Origin: Candidatus Zixiibacteriota bacterium
Lineage (GTDB): Bacteria; Zixibacteria; MSB-5A5; UBA10806; 4484-95
Length of the DNA: 64,000 bases
Direction of reading: 5' to 3'
Assembly: GCA_037441845.1 (NCBI GenBank)
Contig: JBBIRK010000002.1
Location: 128,001-192,000, forward strand
The position numbers and the translations under genes were made by a program. Shown here piece by piece: positions 1-9,596 of the stretch. Under the pieces are notes generated by a model, which ran no database searches, was not told the origin of the DNA, and saw only the letters and a list, made by a program, of their open reading frames with translations. How positions within the stretch are numbered: the stretch's first letter is position 1; each line of letters starts with the position of its first letter.

Positions 1-1123
1 GCAACAACAGCTGAGTGCGGCCGAGAATGGTCCCGAGAATGTTATTGAAATCGTGCGCCACCCCACCGGCCATTTCGCCCAATGCCCGTAGTTTCTCGGT
101 CATTATCAATTGCTCCTGCGTATTGGCCAACTCCTGATAAGCTTTCTCCAGGCTCTCGTACAGTTTGGCGTTTTCGATCGCATCGGCGGTTTGGCGGGCG
201 AATATGGTCAATATATCGAGATCCTCCTGCTTGAATACTTTGCAGCGATACGAACGCAACGTAATGACCCCGATAACTTCCCCGGACCAGGTGAGAGGAG
301 CACAGATCAAAGATTCGGGATCGTCGGGCGTCCCCGGAACCTGTATAGCGCGGGGATCGACATGACTTTGATTGGAAATCAGCCCGATCCCCGACTTGGC
401 TACCAGGCCGGTCAAGCCCTCGCCCACTTTCAAGCGTATCCTGGCGATCTGCTCGGAATGCTTGGGATCTATGGTCACCAGCGGAGACAAAATGCCGCTT
501 TTTTTATCGAGTATAAAAATCGAACCGCCGTCCGCCCCTACAATATCCATAGAGAGACGAACCGCTTTTTCCAGAACTTCTTTATAGTTCAGCGAGGAAT
601 AGATTGCAGTGGAAAGCTCAAGCAACGCCGCCAGCTTGGCATTCGATTCTTTACCCTTGTCTTCCTTCAACGACAGCTTGAGCGAAAGCGCAGTCTGTTC
701 GGTGATCAAAGCCGCCTTATCGAACGTATTTATCGTATAATCCTGCGGCGTCTTCTCCCACCCCCAAACCAGAAAACCGCAGCCATGCGATTCCATGTCG
801 AAAGGAACCGCCAGCACATTGCGACATTTGAGTTTCCTGCGAAATACGGCCACCGGAAGAAAGTCGTCGCGGTCGAAAATGGGCAAAGTGCCATCGGCCT
901 CGCGGCAGGTCCTGCGTTTCAGGCAAGACTCACGAGCTGCGGCCCTGATTTCACTCAGCAGTTCTCCAATTTCCAAATTATCGGGTTTTTCGTTGATGAA
1001 CAACTGACCGTTCTGGAAATCAGAGTCGAATATGACCAGCGCGAAATAATCGGCCGCAAGAATACGAAGCGCCCTCGTGGAAACCGCATTGAAGATGGAA
1101 ATGACCGTATCTTTATCCGGCAT
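1..1123 (-). CDS. GAF-domain sensor histidine kinase, partial (runs off the left edge; absent from the ORF track)
   Basis: Manual translation from ATG at 1123 (overlapping the upstream TAA, GGAG upstream): MPDKDTVISIF..., GAF signature LKVGEGLTGLVA...SLICAPL...VIGVITL...AIENAKLY, then H-box EKLRALGEMAGGVAHDFNNIL; frame open to base 1. Confidence 0.9.
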   Translation of the reverse strand, partial: MPDKDTVISIFNAVSTRALRILAADYFALVIFDSDFQNGQLFINEKPDNLEIGELLSEIRAAARESCLKRRTCREADGTLPIFDRDDFLPVAVFRRKLKCRNVLAVPFDMESHGCGFLVWGWEKTPQDYTINTFDKAALITEQTALSLKLSLKEDKGKESNAKLAALLELSTAIYSSLNYKEVLEKAVRLSMDIVGADGGSIFILDKKSGILSPLVTIDPKHSEQIARIRLKVGEGLTGLVAKSGIGLISNQSHVDPRAIQVPGTPDDPESLICAPLTWSGEVIGVITLRSYRCKVFKQEDLDILTIFARQTADAIENAKLYESLEKAYQELANTQEQLIMTEKLRALGEMAGGVAHDFNNILGTILGRTQLLL

Positions 1124-4100
1124 GGCTGTATTCCACTCCGTATATGCTTAATCTGCCGACCAGGGTATTGAAACGATCCTGATCCGAAGGCATCCCTTTC
1201 AAATAAAACGTTTCTTTCCAATCGGCGCCGAATCCGCTTGTTCGCGATTTATCCGAAATCACCGAGATAATCGGCAAATTCCAGTATTCGACCTTCAACT
1301 GCTTAATCAGGTTCGACGCTTCGCCGCCGAACGAATCGATATCGACCAGAACAGCGCGGATCGATTTCGTCTTGAGCAACCGCCCAAGGCTTTTTATATC
1401 CGCAGCTTTTTCGCCGCGATTGCCCGACTGTAAGATCAATCTCGATATATTTTCGCAAAACGATTCGGACCCGCTCAAAATGGCGAAAACGAGCCCGCCG
1501 CCCATAATTCGTGATTCCGTGAACTTGGGCAAAACTATATTGAATGTCGTCCCCTTGCCCGGGTCGCTTTCAACCGTTATTTCACCGCCATGTCCCTTGA
1601 TAATCGCATCGACCATGGTCAAACCGAGTCCGGTTCCGCTCCGGCCCTTAGTCGTGAAGAAAGGATCGAATATTCTTTTGACCACTTGGGGCTCCATGCC
1701 GGACCCGTTGTCCGAAACCGATATTCTAATTTCGTGATCGCCGGCTTCGGCGGCGACTTCGATTTTACCCGCTTTTTCGATAGCGTCGGCGGCGTTCAAG
1801 ATCAGGTTGTTGAACACCTCGATCATCTGCGTCCGATCGCCTTTCGCCCGAAGATCGCCGCCGAATTTCGTGGAAATCTCGATCGATTTGCGGCAACCGG
1901 GATCCTCCCAGCGCGAACGAGCCATTTCGATCGAATCGTTTATTATCTCCTTGAGATTTAACTGCGTAAATATCGCTTCACTCTTGTTCTTGGCGAATTC
2001 GTTTATCCGCGATAAAATGTTGACGCCGTCGGTCGCTGATTTCTCGATCACATTCAACCCTTTGATTATCGTTTCTTCGGGAAGCGTCCCTTTTTCCGCC
2101 AGCCCATGGCGAAGAAGTTGCGCCCGCCCGACCACGGCCGCCAAAATGTTCTTGAAATCGTGCGCGATGCCAGCCGCCACCTCGCCCAAGGCTTTCAACT
2201 TCTCGGCCTGTATCAATTTCTCTTGGGTTTCGTTCAGTCTGATATAAGCGTCTTTGACCTCACCGTAAAGCTGGGCGTTATTGAGAGCGATTTCGAGATG
2301 CGCCGAAACATCTCTCAACAAATCCTTATCCTGCTTGCTGAACCCCTCGGCTCTGGTATTGCCCACGATAAGGAATCCCTTGATGGCGCCCCGCTGCCTG
2401 ATCGGGCAGATCGCCAGATGATTGATCCCCCGCGAAAGAAATCCATCGCGCGCCCTGACTGCGGTTTCCAAACCTCCCGCAGGCACGAACAGCGACTCGC
2501 CGGACGCCAGCACCTTCTCGAATTCGGCCTTAAGGCTTTCGGCGTCGATCACACCGCCCGCGCCATGGGAATCGCCGCTTTTTACCATATACTCGGAATG
2601 AACCGCATAACCGGTCTCGCTCCTGATTACCAGAACCGACATGTTGAAGTCGGTTAATTCCGACATCGTCTTTGCGATCCGATGAAACAGCTCGTCTATT
2701 TCGAGCGTGGCCGAGATCGCTTGATATATGCGATCGACCAACGCCAGCCGGTTTGCCTTCTCCAAAATCCCGCGATACAGCTTGATATTGCTGATCGCCA
2801 CCGCCAAAAATTCGGCGAAAGTCTGTATCGTGGAAACATCGATGGCAGAAAACGAACTCAGACGCCGATCGTTCAAATCGAGGACGCCGAAAAAGTCGTA
2901 ACCGGCTATCAACGGCAGGCAGAAACGCGACTTTATACCTTCGATTGAATCGGTCTCCTGTGCGGCTCGCTTTTCATCGGCAAGTATATTCGACATCTGC
3001 AGAGCCGCCTTGCCCACCAGGCCCTCGCCCATTTGGAAACTTGTCCCAGGTTCATACCCGTCGCCGTAGCGGCAACTCTGTTTTACCAAACTCAAAGCTC
3101 CGTTTTCGGTGGGCATGAATACGGCCGCATGATCGAAACCGAATCCCTCGGTCAATCCTTTCACCGCCTCCTCGAGTAACTGACCTTCGTCCAGCACTCC
3201 CGAAAGCCGTTTCACCAGCCCATTGATCAGAGCCAGCTTTTGCATCCTTTCTTTTTCGAGCTGTTTCAGTTTGATTTTTTCGTAAGCCGCCGCTACCTGA
3301 TCCGCAATCGATGCCAGCAGATCTTCCTCACGCTTACCGAATGCGTATTTCTGACGCGACTCCACATCGAGAACACCCACTACGATACCGTTGAGGATCA
3401 CGGGGACTGCCAGTTCCGAGGCCGTATTGCCGGTGGAAACGACGAATCGATCGTCTTTGCTCACGTCCCCCACATTGATTATTTTGCCGGTGGCCGCCGC
3501 GAATCCGGTTATCCCCTCCTTGCCTATCGCCAGCCTTTTTCCGAATTCGATCTTTGGACAATCACCGGTCATCGAGGTCAGGCAAAGCTCGTCCGTGGCG
3601 AAATCCCTCGTGAAAAACGAACAAGTCGAAAAATTGAAATTTTCCGAAATCGCCTTAAGCACCTTTTCGAAAAACGGAATCAGATCAAGATCGGAATTCA
3701 ACGCCTGCCCCACGTCGAACATGGTCTTGATTTGGGCGACCTTGTCGGTGACCATCAGATAAAGCCTGGCGTTGGCGATCGCCGCCGCCGCCTGAGCCAC
3801 CAGCGCCGCACTAAGATCAACCACCTCATTATCCAAACGGGCCCGTTCGGCCGTCCTCTGCTCGACCATGATAAGAATTCCGGTCAACTTTCCGGCATGC
3901 TTCAACGGCGCTATCAACGTCTTGGCGCTTCCCTTGATTTTAAGCACCGCGGCGTGGCTATCGGGAATTTTGGCGATCTCCTCGGCCTCGAGCAGAATCG
4001 GCGATCCCAACATCACCACTTCTTGCAGCCACGCCATATCGTCCACGTTCAACTTCCGCTCCTCGGGGGCGAATATCTCGCCTCCGCGTTCGGAATAATA

Positions 4101-5066
4101 GGTCTGCACATACATTTCTTTGCCGGAATCCGAATTCAGCATGACATAGCTGAAACTGCAACCGAACGCTTGCCCGAGATACGTCACCAAAACCCGACAA
4201 ACTTCATCGAGCTCGAGCGACGACGATATGGCAAGCGAGGTGTTCACCAGCATCGCGTTTTTCTTGTTTTCCTTTTCGATCAAGCGTTCTTTATGATGGT
4301 TTTCGTAGAACCATCCGGCGGCGATCCCGATAAAATCAAGTTTCGGAAAAAAGGCTTCCCGGTTCGTCGGAATGCGCTTATGGGCGAAAATAAGGATTCC
4401 GGCGAACTGGCGGTTAGGCATCAGCGGCACCAGCCAGGCCGCGCTGTATTCCTTGAACATGGCGGCGACCGGCGATGGCAATTGTCTTGGGTCATCATAA
4501 TAACGCGGCACTTCATAACGGGAAATTTCTTTCATCAAACCTTCGGGGTCTATCGTCAGACGATCGGACGGCTCGTATGCGAGATTGTTGAACCCTTTCA
4601 AGGACAACTTGCCGTTCTGATCCAGAACGAACGCAGCCGCAGCATCGAACCCGAGATGTTCGCAGGCGAGCCCGAGAAGGTGGCAATAGCCGGCGACGAA
4701 TGTTTTATCCTCGCCTATGTTGTCTTTGATCAGCTGAAAAAGATGTATGACTCCGGTGCCGATTCCGCTGGTGGTGCCGGGCCTGAACTCTATTCCGATC
4801 GCATCGGTCGAATTGCCTGCCTCGCCTTCTTCATTCGTCGATCTATGCAATCTGCCGAGAATCCTATCGACCGCCGAATAAAGTATCGCCCCCAGAGCGA
4901 TCCCGAGCGGCAGATAAATCAAATCCGCTCGCCTTAAACCCGTTTCCGTGCCTAATACCGCGCAGCCGAGGATAAGGAGGATAATGCCGAATGAGCGTAT
5001 CGGCATAGTCCAATTCCGAAACGGACCGCCGGCAAGCGATTGCGAAACATCTTTCCCCCTAAGCAT
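1113..5066 (-). CDS. Membrane-anchored multi-GAF (about five) histidine kinase with degenerate C-terminal receiver-like domain
   Basis: Two N-terminal hydrophobic segments; repeated GAF signatures (AIANARLY, GKEGITGFAA, GEGLVGKAA, ALNNAQLY); H-box GIAHDFKN; N box NLILNAADA; G boxes DNGSGM, FFTTK, GTGLGL. Confidence 0.92.
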   Translation of the reverse strand: MLRGKDVSQSLAGGPFRNWTMPIRSFGIILLILGCAVLGTETGLRRADLIYLPLGIALGAILYSAVDRILGRLHRSTNEEGEAGNSTDAIGIEFRPGTTSGIGTGVIHLFQLIKDNIGEDKTFVAGYCHLLGLACEHLGFDAAAAFVLDQNGKLSLKGFNNLAYEPSDRLTIDPEGLMKEISRYEVPRYYDDPRQLPSPVAAMFKEYSAAWLVPLMPNRQFAGILIFAHKRIPTNREAFFPKLDFIGIAAGWFYENHHKERLIEKENKKNAMLVNTSLAISSSLELDEVCRVLVTYLGQAFGCSFSYVMLNSDSGKEMYVQTYYSERGGEIFAPEERKLNVDDMAWLQEVVMLGSPILLEAEEIAKIPDSHAAVLKIKGSAKTLIAPLKHAGKLTGILIMVEQRTAERARLDNEVVDLSAALVAQAAAAIANARLYLMVTDKVAQIKTMFDVGQALNSDLDLIPFFEKVLKAISENFNFSTCSFFTRDFATDELCLTSMTGDCPKIEFGKRLAIGKEGITGFAAATGKIINVGDVSKDDRFVVSTGNTASELAVPVILNGIVVGVLDVESRQKYAFGKREEDLLASIADQVAAAYEKIKLKQLEKERMQKLALINGLVKRLSGVLDEGQLLEEAVKGLTEGFGFDHAAVFMPTENGALSLVKQSCRYGDGYEPGTSFQMGEGLVGKAALQMSNILADEKRAAQETDSIEGIKSRFCLPLIAGYDFFGVLDLNDRRLSSFSAIDVSTIQTFAEFLAVAISNIKLYRGILEKANRLALVDRIYQAISATLEIDELFHRIAKTMSELTDFNMSVLVIRSETGYAVHSEYMVKSGDSHGAGGVIDAESLKAEFEKVLASGESLFVPAGGLETAVRARDGFLSRGINHLAICPIRQRGAIKGFLIVGNTRAEGFSKQDKDLLRDVSAHLEIALNNAQLYGEVKDAYIRLNETQEKLIQAEKLKALGEVAAGIAHDFKNILAAVVGRAQLLRHGLAEKGTLPEETIIKGLNVIEKSATDGVNILSRINEFAKNKSEAIFTQLNLKEIINDSIEMARSRWEDPGCRKSIEISTKFGGDLRAKGDRTQMIEVFNNLILNAADAIEKAGKIEVAAEAGDHEIRISVSDNGSGMEPQVVKRIFDPFFTTKGRSGTGLGLTMVDAIIKGHGGEITVESDPGKGTTFNIVLPKFTESRIMGGGLVFAILSGSESFCENISRLILQSGNRGEKAADIKSLGRLLKTKSIRAVLVDIDSFGGEASNLIKQLKVEYWNLPIISVISDKSRTSGFGADWKETFYLKGMPSDQDRFNTLVGRLSIYGVEYSHAG

Positions 5067-5071
5067 ACGAA

Positions 5072-7201
5072 TCAGGTCCTGGCTACCCTGTCCATGATTC
5101 TTTTCGCCTCGGAATATTGGTCGGATACTTTGTGAATTTTACGAGCGCTTTTGGCGATCATGTCGAGAAATCTATCGAGCTCTTCTTTTTCGATCTTTTC
5201 CCGGTTTCTGATATATTCGCACGAGGCCATGATTCCGGCCAGTGCGCCGTTGATGCGGCTGGGAAATTCCCGCCAGGCCTCGAGAACATTCCCTCCCGAA
5301 TCCCCAAGACGATTTAGCGTCGGAACCGATTCCGGCGCAGCCATTCTCGCTTTTTCCCTCCCGGCGGATTCGAGTTTCCATAAATAAAGCGAAATTGCGG
5401 TCGTCAGCAGCGAGGCATAAACCAATTCCTGTTGGCCGAGCGAATCGCGGGCGGCTTTACGATTTTCACCGATCGTGATTACGCCGATGACCCGATCGTC
5501 GACCGTCAACGGAAGAATCAAACATTGGTTTATCCCCGATGGCAAAAGCAGCCTTTTTTCGACGGCGGAAATTTTCATCGACTTGTCCCAATCGCTGACC
5601 AAAAGCGGCCGCCCCGATTTCATCACCCGATCATGGGCCTCCAAACCCGAAAGCGGCAGAGCCGCGATGCTTTTTTCGTCCCATTCGAGGTGTCGTCGCT
5701 GATACAAGGCCGCCGTAACCAACCTGTCGTGGGCCTTATCGAGCATCATTATTCTGGCGAATGTGGCCGGCGTTTTCTCGGCGATAATCCTGGCCAGTTC
5801 TTTCAACGGATTAAGGTCGCTTTTCCCTTTCGCTATCGTCTCGAGCGAGTATTTGACGGCTCCTATCTTATCGAAAGTCTCCGCGCTCAGCGTATTCAGT
5901 TTTTCCTTCAGAATTATCCCCGAAAGCACCGCAACCACCGCCTCGATCGCCAGCGAATCGTTGATCCCGAAGGTGTGCTCGCCTTTAAGGGATATCGCCA
6001 CCGCGCCCAGAGTCTCACCGGAAATCGTAATCGGCGCATAATAGGAACTTCCCCGCGGAATATCCTTTGATGTGGAACGCAGCAACTCGGCGTCTCGGGG
6101 AAGCATAAGACTTCGGCGTGCCGCCATGACCCATCTCACCGGCAGATAACGATCTGCCTCGAAATATCCCTTTTCGATTATCAGCCGCCCCCCGGATTGC
6201 AGATTGAAATCGAGCTGCTGGATTGGCCCGTTCCCTTCGAGGAATATGCTTAATGTTTCGAACCGAACGAAACTTTTCAGCAATCGGGCCAATCGGATCG
6301 CCTGGGTGTTGAAATTGTCATCGGCCCGCGATGACTTCAAGATTACCGCCATAAAGTCCCGCAGCGATGTCAGCGACACCATCGATCGCATCAACCCGTC
6401 ACGGTAGAACGTAATCCCCAAATTGGCCGCGACTACTTCGATTGTCCTGATTTCCTCTTGCGAAAATACCCGCGGATGATTGGTGAAAAAAGTCAATACG
6501 CCGATCCGACGCGTTCCGAAATCTATCGGCAGCGAAATAATCTCGACCACCGGACCCGCAGTCGTTTCATAAACGATTCCGTCGTCGAGACCGCCCTCGC
6601 GGTCCAACTGGAATATCTCCCCTTTCTTGAAAACGGTGGCGATCATGCCGCTTTCTGCATAGGCCAATGCTTTCCGCGTTTTCTCGGCCAACCCCACCGA
6701 GGAATACAACTCAATTTTATTGGCCGTGTTCATCATGTGCAACGAGGCCGCCTGAAATCCGAGCAAATCGATGACCTCGGTTATGATTCTGCCGAAAGTC
6801 GCCGGCGACGCATCGCCGTGAACCGAGGCTTTGGAGATGAATTCATGCAGCTTAAGCGATTTCGCTTTCTTATCGAGTCGAATCGATATGGAAAATACAT
6901 AGGGCAGCCAGAGCGCCATTCCCCAAATCAAGGCCGCGCCGCCGCCCAAATATCCCACCACCGACTCCAATAAAAATATCAACCACGATTTTTGATAACC
7001 GATCCCTAACACACCGATACTTCCAAAAAGTCCGACAAGCGCGCCGAAAAGCAATAACCCAGCGCCCATCCCCATCAGCAGCACCGCCCGCGGACGATAG
7101 GCAAGCGCGCCCGCCTTTAGTTTTCTGAATGCCAGAATCGCGGCCAATAAAGCCAATACCAATATAAGCTTTTGTTGTGCAAGCAGCATAATTCGCTCCA
7201 T
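5072..7201 (-). CDS. Membrane protein with about three GAF domains and a His-less HisKA-like C-terminus
   Basis: Three N-terminal TM segments; GAF motifs (IISLPI...RIGVLTF, YYAPI...LGAVAI, CLILPL...VIGVITI); tail EFPSRINGALAGIMASCEYI...LDMIAKSARKI; no HATPase boxes. Confidence 0.8.
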   Translation of the reverse strand: MERIMLLAQQKLILVLALLAAILAFRKLKAGALAYRPRAVLLMGMGAGLLLFGALVGLFGSIGVLGIGYQKSWLIFLLESVVGYLGGGAALIWGMALWLPYVFSISIRLDKKAKSLKLHEFISKASVHGDASPATFGRIITEVIDLLGFQAASLHMMNTANKIELYSSVGLAEKTRKALAYAESGMIATVFKKGEIFQLDREGGLDDGIVYETTAGPVVEIISLPIDFGTRRIGVLTFFTNHPRVFSQEEIRTIEVVAANLGITFYRDGLMRSMVSLTSLRDFMAVILKSSRADDNFNTQAIRLARLLKSFVRFETLSIFLEGNGPIQQLDFNLQSGGRLIIEKGYFEADRYLPVRWVMAARRSLMLPRDAELLRSTSKDIPRGSSYYAPITISGETLGAVAISLKGEHTFGINDSLAIEAVVAVLSGIILKEKLNTLSAETFDKIGAVKYSLETIAKGKSDLNPLKELARIIAEKTPATFARIMMLDKAHDRLVTAALYQRRHLEWDEKSIAALPLSGLEAHDRVMKSGRPLLVSDWDKSMKISAVEKRLLLPSGINQCLILPLTVDDRVIGVITIGENRKAARDSLGQQELVYASLLTTAISLYLWKLESAGREKARMAAPESVPTLNRLGDSGGNVLEAWREFPSRINGALAGIMASCEYIRNREKIEKEELDRFLDMIAKSARKIHKVSDQYSEAKRIMDRVART

Positions 7202-7242
7202 AGCCCCCGAACGGATTCAGGTATGGTTTCCCACTAAATTTA

Positions 7243-7270
7243 TTATCGGTTATGCAGCATCGAATATTAA
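7243..7270 (-). promoter_or_regulatory. Putative sigma28-like promoter of the GAF/kinase cluster
   Basis: Minus strand TTAA-N16-ACCGATAA (or TAAT-N15) in the intergenic region, about 40 nt upstream of the ATG at 7201. Confidence 0.4.
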
Positions 7271-7435
7271 GATTACGGGCCGTTTTTGCCGGCAGCATTT
7301 ATCATTTTATAGAGAGAAATAACCCGCGATACATGATGTTCAATATAGACGTTGATTTCCACTATAGGAATATCGCCGGATTCGCAGCCCAGCGGACTTA
7401 TCTTGATTTTTAGGGCTTCTCCGATGTCATTCGGC

Positions 7436-7464
7436 TTGACCTCCTACGGCAATAGTAATATGAT
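7436..7464 (+). promoter_or_regulatory. Putative sigma70 promoter of the OPT gene
   Basis: TTGACC-N17-TATGAT, followed by SD GAAGGAGG before ATG 7506. Confidence 0.65.
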
Positions 7465-7505
7465 GAACCGTCTTTGGTAACGGCCGATAGCCCGAAGGAG
7501 GATAA

Positions 7506-9452
7506 ATGCCGGAAAAAAACAATGATTTCCAGCCTTACATCAAAGCCGATCAGCAGGTCCCCGAAATCACATTCAGAGCCGTCCTGTTGGGGGCCATTCT
7601 GTCCGGCGTCTTCGGAGTCGCCAACGCCTACTTGGGCCTCAAAGTGGGCATGACAGTGTCCGCATCCATACCGGCCGCGGTGATCTCCATGGCGGTATTG
7701 CGGGGCCTGTTGAAAAAAGGAACCGTCCTTGAAAACAATATCGTGCAAACCATCGGTTCATCAGGCGAATCGCTGGCTGCCGGTATAATTTTCACCATTC
7801 CCGCTTTTTTCATTTGGAACGCCCAAGGACTGATCAGCCACGAGGTCGGCCGTTGGCAGATATTTATGCTTTCCATTCTCGGCGGTTCTATGGGTATTCT
7901 GGCCATGATACCGTTGCGCCGCTACCTTGTGCATCGCGAACACGGCAAGCTGGCGTTCCCCGAGGGAACCGCTTGTGCCGAGATAATTCAGGCGGGCGAT
8001 ACGGGCGGAGTCAAGGCACGGCAGGTATTCATCGGCATGGCCGCGGGAGCCGTTTATAAGATATTCATGTCGCTGGCGCGGCTCTGGCCGGAGGTGCCGT
8101 CGGTTAATCTGTTTTGGGGGGAGGGCAAGAAAGGCCTGCCCGGGGCGAACGTGGGCATCGACGCCACCCCGGCATTGTTGGGCGTCGGCTATATTATCGG
8201 ACCACGAATCGCCTCTTATATGTTCGGGGGCGCCGTGCTCGGATATCTGGGAATCGCACCGTTGCTTGCCTATATAGGCCAACAGGCCCCCGATATCATA
8301 ATCTCGCCGGCGACGATTCCGCTAAGTAAACTCGACCCGGCCGGATTGCGCGGGAATTACATAAAATACATCGGCGTCGGAGCGGTTGTTCTCGGCGGTT
8401 TCGTATCGTTGATAAAATCGATCCCGGTGATCATCTCTTCGTTCGCCGCCGGCATCTCCCAGATGTTTCGCGGCAAGGGCGATTCGTCAGGAGCATCCCG
8501 CACCGATCGCGACCTGCCGCTGAATCTGGTGGTGATCGGCTTGCTGATAATCGCAGTGGTCATCTGGCTGATGCCCGGAACCGAGCTGGATCTTCTCGGC
8601 GCCGCCTTGGCCGTTATTTTCGGCTTCTTTTTCATCGTCGTGGCCGCCCGCATAGTGGGTATCGTGGGGTCGTCATCCTCGCCGGTTTCCGGAATGACTC
8701 TTGCTACGTTGTTCGCCACTTGCATGATATTCCTCGCGTTCGGAATAAGCGGCGCCACCGGTATGATCGCCGCCATGTACGTCGGCGCGGTAGTCTGTAT
8801 CGCCGTCTGCATGTCGGGAGATATCGCTCAAGACCTGAAAACCGGATATCTGCTCGGCGCCACGCCCCGAAGCCAACAAATAATGGAATTCGTAGGCTTG
8901 ATCATCCCGGCGATTATAATGGGCGCCGTGCTGGCTTTGTTCAACGATGCCTTCGGCTTCGTGAAGGATGCCGCCCATCCCGAACCGATGCTGGCGCCGC
9001 AAGCCAATGTGATGGCGGCGGTTGTTCAGGGAGTCATGCACGGCGATCTGCCTTGGATACCGATCGTCTGCGGCATCATGCTTGCCGCCGCGATCGAAAT
9101 AATAGGGGTAAGCTCCCTTCCTTTCGCAATCGGCTTGTATCTTCCACTTGACCTTTCGACGCCGATCATGGCTGGTGGAATTCTAGCAAGCTTGATCAAA
9201 CACCGCTATAACGGTTCCGATTCATTCAAGACCAAAAACGAAAGCGGCGTGTTATTCGCCTCGGGGTTGGTGGCCGGCGATGCCTTGATCGGAGTTGCGG
9301 TGGCCGGTCTTGTGGCGGCCTTCTCCGGTTATCGGGCGTTTTACGAAGGCTACGAACAGTCGGCGGTTTTGGGTGAGATCGGTCCGACGATTTCGATCGT
9401 TTGTTTCCTTCTCCTGATCGGATTCTTCTGGCACCGTATCAGGCGAAGCTGA
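7506..9452 (+). CDS. OPT family oligopeptide transporter
   Basis: EITFRAVLLG, NAYLGLKVGMTVSASIPAAVIS, ENNIVQT, FPEGTACAE, QDLKTGYLLGATP, APQA; many TM segments. Confidence 0.95.
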   Translation: MPEKNNDFQPYIKADQQVPEITFRAVLLGAILSGVFGVANAYLGLKVGMTVSASIPAAVISMAVLRGLLKKGTVLENNIVQTIGSSGESLAAGIIFTIPAFFIWNAQGLISHEVGRWQIFMLSILGGSMGILAMIPLRRYLVHREHGKLAFPEGTACAEIIQAGDTGGVKARQVFIGMAAGAVYKIFMSLARLWPEVPSVNLFWGEGKKGLPGANVGIDATPALLGVGYIIGPRIASYMFGGAVLGYLGIAPLLAYIGQQAPDIIISPATIPLSKLDPAGLRGNYIKYIGVGAVVLGGFVSLIKSIPVIISSFAAGISQMFRGKGDSSGASRTDRDLPLNLVVIGLLIIAVVIWLMPGTELDLLGAALAVIFGFFFIVVAARIVGIVGSSSSPVSGMTLATLFATCMIFLAFGISGATGMIAAMYVGAVVCIAVCMSGDIAQDLKTGYLLGATPRSQQIMEFVGLIIPAIIMGAVLALFNDAFGFVKDAAHPEPMLAPQANVMAAVVQGVMHGDLPWIPIVCGIMLAAAIEIIGVSSLPFAIGLYLPLDLSTPIMAGGILASLIKHRYNGSDSFKTKNESGVLFASGLVAGDALIGVAVAGLVAAFSGYRAFYEGYEQSAVLGEIGPTISIVCFLLLIGFFWHRIRRS

Positions 9453-9543
9453 CCCGCGCGGCGAGCCAAATCAACGTCTCGGCCGAAACTCGAACAAGCC
9501 TTGGGCGTAAGCTTGCATTTGAAACGCGGGGCGACCAGTCATG

Positions 9544-9571
9544 AAAAAAACCCGGCCTTGCGACCGGGTTT
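9544..9571 (-). terminator. Intrinsic terminator downstream of pilQ
   Basis: Minus strand AAACCCGG-TCGCAAGG-CCGGGTTT hairpin running into a 7-T tract; lies between convergent OPT and pilQ genes. Confidence 0.75.
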
Positions 9572-9596
9572 CGCCGTAAATAGAATTTCGGTTTAT

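Noticed and set aside
110..1171. 353-aa plus-strand ORF
   Set aside because: Antisense shadow of the minus-strand GAF histidine kinase (1-1123), which has clear motifs; this ORF has none
3240..4937. 565-aa plus-strand ORF
   Set aside because: Lies wholly antisense to the multi-GAF kinase; no motifs; typical shadow ORF in GC-rich coding DNA
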